Positions 56,030 to 64,000 of a stretch of 64,000 nucleotides of DNA are shown here, piece by piece (within the stretch, counting starts at the first letter, position 1; each line of letters begins with the position of its first letter). The stretch comes from Eledone cirrhosa (Eukaryota). The notes beneath the pieces are model-generated. The model was not told the origin of the DNA. It saw only the letters and a program-made list of their open reading frames with translations, and did no database searches. Position numbers and translations under genes: made by a program. The stretch covers positions 138,508,001 to 138,572,000 of the forward strand of contig OZ024741.1 in NCBI GenBank assembly GCA_964016885.1, in the 5' to 3' direction.

Positions 56030-56818
56030 GCCTACAAATTTAGAAGGGGCCTAGATAAACATAAACTCAATATTAAGATAGGAGAAAGACCAGGTACCTC
56101 CGTAAAAACACTTATTAGCATGGCATACCCTTTTCAAAGACCCCACTGTATAGATAAGAAATGTATAACCTGTAGATTAAGCCCCAATATTAACTGTAAA
56201 ACTAGAAATGTAGTATATAGCATAAGATGTACTGAAGGAAAATGTAGAGACAAAAATATAGTGTACATAGGTGAGACAGCTCGTAGTGTAGGGGAACGGA
56301 TAAATGAACACTGGCGAGACCTTCAAGATAGTAAAGAATCATCTGTACTCTATCAACATGCTAAAATAGAAAATAAGGGTAAATTAGAGAACATAGAAAT
56401 AAAAATAGAATCTACACACAGAAAAGAAGCAATGTTTACAAATTACAGAGGCAATAAACATAAAAGAATTACAACCAAAATTAAATAGAAAACATGAGTG
56501 GGACAGCAACATCACAACTTACAATTAAGGACAAAATGAAAACACACACGCACATAGAACAAACAACCAAACTGTAACATGTAAATAAACAAATAAATAA
56601 ACGAATATAAACACACACAGACACACGGATGTGGCGCATGCGCAGACTGAGCATACAACACACATAAACAAAATGTCGTAGGACAGAACAAAGGAGAGGC
56701 ACAAAAACAAAGAAAAGAATCCGCAGTCACTGAAGAGGTCACAGAATGTGTGACGAAAGAACTTTGACAATTTATAAACAACCATCTGGTTGTGGAACCA
56801 ACCAACCAACCGGAAATT

Positions 56819-56825
<7 letters not shown>
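56030..56825 (+). mobile_element. 5'-truncated YVDD-family PLE (GIY-YIG + 3' pLTR with HHR at 56726-56768)
   Basis: CKTRNVVYSIRC..YIGETARSVGERINEH; highly similar to the reverse complement of 40720-41530. Confidence 0.9.
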
Positions 56826-56851
<26 letters not shown>

Positions 56852-57042
56852 GGGGGGGGGGGGGTGTATGTGTGTGCGTGTGTGTGTATGTGTGTGTGTG
56901 TATGTGTGAATGTGTGTGTTTGTGTGTTAATTTGCGTATATGTAAACACCAGATATGTCCACCCTCCCCTTCACATATATATATACATAATGAGCTAGAC
57001 GGTGGTCAAAGGACGCTGTATGTATACCAGCGATTAATAATG

Positions 57043-57078
<36 letters not shown>

Positions 57079-57313
57079 CGGTTAGCTCTCCTCTTTGTTG
57101 TTATCTTGTCTCACTCGCTTTACGCGTTTTAATTGTCCTAATAACTTAATTTAGTTATTATTGCACCGACGTGAGGTATATGATTTTTAATGCAATGAAA
57201 TATCTATGATCGTCGGCAAATCAGTGATGAGGGACTTATTTTATTACATGTTATCCATGTGCAACCTGCAGTATTCTTCTCCCCATTTTTTCATATATAT
57301 ATATATATATATA

Positions 57314-57450
57314 CGGCGGGTAAAATTCCCGACATCCACGGACAAGTTCTCTCCAGCGGTCTCTGTCCCTCATTAATCGCTGCCATGTCCTGAGTCTCCA
57401 ATAGGGCGTCAACATATATCAACCTCGGTCTTCCTCTTCCAGTGTGTTCA
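57314..57450 (-). mobile_element. RTE-like LINE 3' remnant
   Basis: Minus strand encodes GRGRPRLIYVDALL / MRDRDRWRELVR; ends in (TA)n. Confidence 0.6.
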
Positions 57451-59876
57451 TGAAATAAAAAAAATAAAAAATATTCTGATACATAAATGAGCTGCTAAAC
57501 ATTCAAATTATTCTTAACGTTCAATGTATTTTTTGTGTAAGCAATGAAGCTAATGAAAAACTCTCAATAACGTTTCCTTGTTTTGAAATGTTTCACCATC
57601 ACCATTTCTGAAAACCACGTTTTCAATAAGCCTTTAAAATACAATATATCTGTTAGACACGCAGTGACTAATAACAGAATGTTTTAAATCTGCGTGTCTG
57701 ACATATATGCGTAGCTTGTGAATAAAAAAATCAAGGGGTGTATTTTGAAATAGAGATAATCGGTGTATATATTTAGGGGGCATATGTGTGTGTCTTTATG
57801 TATGCTTGCGTGTATATGTACGTGCGTGTGTGCGGATGTGTGTGTGTGTGGTTTCTTCGTTGATTTATGCAAAGATCTGAATGGACGTTTTTTTTACCGT
57901 AAACGAAATGGCGGCTCTAAGAGTGTAGAGATTTGATTTGACCAACATAGGCATGTATATTACGCCCCCGCCCCCCTCCCATACACACAGACACACAGTC
58001 CCAAGGGGTTTACGTTCTGTATCTTTTGAACTTCATGTTTCACCACTGTTGTCTTAGACCATGTATCAGTAAATAAAGTTACTGTCCCAAGGCCCACCAC
58101 AGCATGCATCGAGAAACTGTATGCAAGAAATATATATTTCTGGAGTGTATTCAAACTAGTCAAACTGAAGCATTCTTTAACAATTTCAATCATTAATATA
58201 CCAAATTTGAGTAGATATCAAGTAATTTTCTTAAGTAATATTATTTTATATTCATATAATATATTAGGAATTTATTTTAGAGGAAAGAAATTGGAATACT
58301 AGAAATAGATGAAAGACCCTTTTTATTTTAGTATATTCTTTACCCTCAAGACTGGATTACCTTCAAACGAAAGGATAAGTCTAATAATGCAGTAAGCTAT
58401 GATATCTTTACTTGGAACATAATTATCTCATATTTTTTTTTCACTTCAGCGTTTGTAAAACGTAATTGCACTTCAGTCAATGTAATTGTAAAATGGACGA
58501 ATATGTTGGTTAAAATATATGCGATTTCTTTACTGAAATTGAATTCAAACACTTGGCGCCATAGATGCTGAATACACTTTGTTGTTAAATGCATTTGGAC
58601 AATATAGCTGGGCTGAAAATAGAAAGATTACAATTAAATGAACTATAAATATATTATAATATACCAATAGATTTATATAATAGATATTTATTAAAGATAA
58701 TGCTGATAGAATTTGTTCTTGCATTGTAAAAAGCATATTACTTATCTATATTATTTAGGTCCATAAATGAGTTTTAAATATATATAATATATATCTCTGG
58801 CGAAGTTATATCGACAATCATGTAATATTCTACTCCGTCGTAAATGTATGGCACCATTCGTAACCTAATGAAGAAAAAACGATATGCCATGTTATGTGAA
58901 ACACATTCATTCGGAATATTTAACTCATAAATCTATCACATTCGTTTGTTATTTCGCGTTGAGTGTATACTAACGATATACTGGTATCATTCAATGAAAA
59001 ATGTATCACTTAATACTGGTTGCTCGAATCTAAACAAATCCAATGCCATGTTATTTAATCTTGCTAGATGTTAACCTTCTTCAATTCTAAAAACAGTCAA
59101 AATCTCCCAGTTGAAGAAAAATACAGAGAAAGAGAAAGAAAGTGAGAAGAAATGAGATGTTATCGAATCGTGCGTTATTTATTGTCTTCAAACAAGTGAA
59201 ATAGAAATCTCCTCTTGGTGGTCTATATAACTCAGCTCAGGTTCCGTCAACCAAATACAACTTAAAAAGCAGTCATAACGTCGAGGCAATAATAGTAGAG
59301 ACTCGCATGAAGTCCCGCGCAATGGTATTTAACACATAACCTTGCTGCAAAACAATCTCATTAATCTCACAACCCTTTTTCCATATTTACGGTTTATTTA
59401 TGTTATCTCAATTTTTCTTCAATATGTTATAACGCTATTTATGAAGGGACTTCCGAAGCACGTAAGATCCGAAATTTAGCTAAAAGCACTGAGTCAAACT
59501 CCGATATTATCTTTATTGTTGCTATACTGATATTCCGTTTCGAAATGAGCACGTACGAACTATATACAAACAGATACAATTCTATACATACATGCATATA
59601 TATATATGTACATCCAAACATCTCACACACACACACACACACACATAGACACACATGCATACATTTATATACATATATATATATATATATCCGTATGTGG
59701 TTGACAGATGAGAAAAAAGAGTATTCAATACCGAAGTTAAGTTTTAATATTCATATTATTTCGGGTCATCAAGAAAGAATTCTTATCTGATGACCCTGTG
59801 TTAAGTAGGCGAACCAGCGGAGCAACAAGACTCACTATATATCCCTAATAAACCGAATATATATATATATATATAT

Positions 59877-59966
<90 letters not shown>

Positions 59967-60795
59967 AGGTGGGTAGGGAGAAAGGTACGTGATGGGGAAT
60001 CTTACTATTAAACTTTCATGAATTGATGATGTGAAAATTTCCAGTATGTCAGAGAAAATGTTAATTTTCTGTGTCCAGTGTACATTGAGCATAACATGTG
60101 AATTCAATGTTTTTCAGCAGTAAGGTGATAAGGGAAAAATCAATTGGGTCGTGTGGAATCTTAATGTAAGCCATACTCGTACAGATTTTGTTGTTGTAAG
60201 GATGTAAATGTATATAAGTTTTCCAAAGTCAGACATCTTGCTTCAGCTTAGCGTAAATATCTGAACATAATCTCAATCTAAACTCTCTGATATCCTGCCA
60301 TTTATTCATGTACATATTCTGTTCTTGTATTGAACATGTCTAGGAAGAAATTGGATTCATTGTTTTTGGCATGTTATCAAAAACAAGTACTTCTCTCGAT
60401 GTTTTTCCGACCTCAAACGATTAGTTGTAAAAAGTAAATCTGGCTGCTTCCTATAGATTCGATATCAGCCAAGACAATTTTATGCGATATAGAGAAGAGA
60501 AAAGTATCTATATTCATAATGCTTATAATGCTACATAGTTTAAGCCATTGAATCAGATCGAATAATACAGAATTATAGTTTCGGTGGTTTAGCTACTTTA
60601 TACACATACGCACACATTCACTTCTGTGCGTGTAGGGAATATATACACTTTTGCCAATATGCGGATTCATAATTACGTATTTATGCGTTTGTGGATGTTT
60701 ATGTGTACGAATAAATGCAATTTTACAAACAGTTCCTTCCACCTGCATTCTTTCAACTCCTCCCCCTCCCTACTGCCCAATAATAGCCTGTGTAT

Positions 60796-61300
60796 CTTCT
60801 TCTTCTTCTTCTTCTTCTTCTTCTTCTTCTTCTTCTTCTTCTTCTTCTTCTTCTTCTTCTTCTTCTTCTTCTTCTTCTTCTTCTTCTTCTTCTTCTTCTT
60901 CTTCTTCTTCTTCTTCTTTTTCTTCTTCTTTGCCCACGTAGGCCTTGGAATGTTCTGTCGGCAGATTCCTCCTGTAAGTCTTTCGGTTTTGTGAGAAGCA
61001 ACTGTATCCAACTGATATCACTAAATCCCCAGGCGAGAGCATTCCATCTCACGGATGTTATCCAACCATCTTTCTCTAGGTCTCCTGTCGTCTGCTTTTG
61101 CCTGTACAATCCGTGCAGCGATTATTTCCTTAGACATTCTGACCACACGTCCATAGTATGGAAGCTGTGATCTCTCAATTTGGAGAAGCCGCGGCTCTAC
61201 GTGGAGTGAACCTCTGATCTCCGAACTATGCACTCTATCGAGTAACGTCAATCTAAATTTCCTTTTCGGTTACCGCAATTCGGCCGCTGATATTTGCGAG
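60796..61300 (-). mobile_element. RTE-like LINE 3' fragment with (GAA)n tail
   Basis: DRVHSSEIR..QLPYYGRVVRM..RPRERWLDNI followed by ~135 bp of (GAA)n. Confidence 0.75.
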
Positions 61301-61346
61301 TGTATTCTTTCAGTTATTACACAAGATATAGTATGGCCATTGAAGG

Positions 61347-61384
<38 letters not shown>

Positions 61385-61388
<4 letters not shown>

Positions 61389-61825
61389 ATATTTTGGGAG
61401 GATCATGCAGCAAATAGAAACACACGTACCTGTTGAGTTTCACTTCAATGTATTATACATTTCTGGTTGGTTGGTTGGTTCGATAACCAGATGGTTGTTT
61501 ATATATTGTAAAAGCTCTTTCATCACACATTCTGTGATCTCCTCAGTGATTGGCTTTTTATTTTGTGTCCCTCCTTTTTTATGTCCTACACTATCTTGTT
61601 TTTGTGTGACGAAAGAGACTTGACAATATATAAACAACCATCCGGTTATCGAACGAAACAAACAACCAACTGGAAATGTCTAATAAATTGAAGGGAAATC
61701 CAACAGGTGTGTGTGTGTTTTTATTGGCAGCATGACAATATATGTTTTTATTGGCAGTATAACAATATATGTTTCAACACACGTTTTCAGATAAGAATTC
61801 TTGCCTTGCAACACAAATTCAAAAA
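61385..61825. mobile_element. Rearranged, diverged pLTR of the YVDD PLE family (HHR at 61508-61550, minus)
   Basis: CUGAGGA-GAUCAC-AGAAUGU-GUGAU-GAAA-GAGC-UU; inverted partial copy at 61605-61825. Confidence 0.75.
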
Positions 61826-61826
61826 C

Positions 61827-61864
<38 letters not shown>

Positions 61865-61868
61865 CATT

Positions 61869-61906
<38 letters not shown>

Positions 61907-61907
61907 C

Positions 61908-62110
<203 letters not shown>

Positions 62111-62789
62111 TATATATATATATATATATATATATAAATATATAATCAACCTGGGCTATTTAGTTCAAATACATTTCCCAATGTGCTGCCCCAACACAAC
62201 TGGTCCCTGAAAGCTGGTTGTTTAAAAATGTTATTCTTCATCACACAACCCTGCTTGCACCTATTTATGAATTGAATTGAAATATATATTTTAGGTTTGC
62301 ATTTCTGCCTCTATCAATTGCGAAAGAGTGGTACGGGATATGTAATGAGTCAAATCAAAAGTCACAATACTGAGAAGTGAAGCCCCTGACCAACCCACTA
62401 TGCTTCAGCTATGTCTATTAAATATAATTTGGAAATTATTTTTTCTTCAAGCACCATTATATTTCGTTTGTCATTAGATACGTTATCGACTTCTAAAGAT
62501 TTTGAGGAAAAGGATAGGGTTTGAATGAAATATAATTCATGTAAATTGCTGACCATTACAGTGTAAAGTTATTATCTATTTAAGAACACCAAATCACATC
62601 AATGACAGAAATAATTCAATGTCTATGATCATCATATAATTACTCTTCTTCATTTATATATATCAACTAAATCATCATCATTACTGTCAACATAATATGG
62701 CAGCATTATTAAAGCACCCTTTGTCTTTATGATCAACGCCACTATTATAATCAACATTATGGTTCTTATCATCATTATCCTTATCATTA

Positions 62790-62978
62790 ATGGCGGTGGA
62801 TTGGCAGTATCGGTAGAGGGTCGGATGCCATGCTTTCCAGCATAGTTACGTCCTTTTACGATCTGAGCTCAAATCCTGCCGATGTTGACTTTGCCTTTCA
62901 TCCTTACGGGGTCGATAAAATAAAGTAGCAGTAATGCACTGGGTAATTGCTGGCCTTGTGCCTGAAGTAGAAACAATT
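62790..62978 (+). mobile_element. tRNA-derived SINE
   Basis: Same family as 19925-20120. Confidence 0.85.
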
Positions 62979-62979
62979 A

Positions 62980-63670
62980 TCATTATCATTAACACTACCA
63001 TCATTTAACTGCACTTCTATTCCCTCCTCCATCTCCTTATCATTATAGACATTGCCATCATCCTTGAAACAACCACCACCACTTCCATCCCGTAAATATC
63101 ATCTACTTAACATAAATATCATCTACTTAGTCATCACCAACGTCGTCATTATGAACAACACCATAGGTATCATCAGCATCATCAGAATGATCACTAGATT
63201 TATCCTCATTCTCATCATCATCATATTCAACATCAACTTGAGACAAATCATCAGAATTATCTGGGATCACTCTCATAACAATCATATTCATAATCAACTT
63301 CACATCATCATCATTACTATCTACTTCACCATCTAGTTACTCAAGAACACCACCACTATCATCATCATCCTCATCGCATTTCCCATCAACATCATCACTA
63401 CCAAGAGAATCATCACCACAATCATTGTCAGCAACAGGACCACACAAGCACCATCATCATGAGTGCGGCCATTAGCTTGAAACCACCACCACCGCACCAC
63501 CAAACAATCATCCCCAAATCCCCACCACCCTAACAATCAACATCACTATCCTAATAATCAACACTACACCAGCGCGATCACCCTTAACTCCGTATGTAAA
63601 ATCTTCTCCACGGTACTTCATCATCGTCTTTATTGTCCACCTTGCTGTCATCTCCATAATAATTATAATG
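62980..63670. repeat. Degenerate (ATC/ACC)n low-complexity region
   Basis: Direct reading. Confidence 0.75.
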
Positions 63671-63867
63671 TAGATTTCAGTCTTGCAGCATTCCTCTATA
63701 ATTTCTTTCACATGAAATATATCTGTTTAGTGCTTTGGCTTTACAATGTTTAGTTTGACTCTCCTCATTCTATACTACAGGCTGTTCCACCAGTCAACCA
63801 ATCATAATCATAAGAAGAAATTACACACACGAGCGCACACACACACACACATACACACACATACACA

Positions 63868-63950
<83 letters not shown>

Positions 63951-64000
63951 GATATATTTATATATATATATATGTTTGTATGTGTGTGTGTGTGTGTGTT

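Noticed and set aside
59760-59822. CUGAUGA within a small palindrome
   Set aside because: The GAAA half is mutated and there is no stem III or cleavage triplet; at best a relic.
60626-61170. Poly-E/K/R/S/F/L ORFs
   Set aside because: Artefacts of the (GAA)n tract.

Overview
AT-rich, microsatellite-dense animal DNA, probably octopus or another cephalopod (inferred from the SINE core and repeat landscape, not verified). I find no supportable host gene; the window is almost entirely mobile DNA inserted into (TA)n and (GATA)n tracts. It holds several Penelope-like elements (PLEs; RT plus C-terminal GIY-YIG) of two types, YRDD/Hydra-like and YVDD, and one 5'-clipped but uninterrupted L1/Tx1-type LINE ORF with a 22-bp target-site duplication in a (GATA)n tract. 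It also has RTE remnants, tRNA-derived SINEs, a hAT MITE, a probable non-autonomous Helitron and a mariner relic. The main hidden signal is non-coding. By eye there are about 35 type I hammerhead ribozyme (HHR) motifs from over a dozen sequence families; about 17 keep intact CUGANGA and GAAA cores, and 3 more have a compensatory U3:A8 core. They sit in PLE pseudo-LTRs and in small non-coding units arranged as tandem arrays (retrozyme-like) or fold-backs. Many of these families share a CTCTGT...TACATTGAG motif near their ends.
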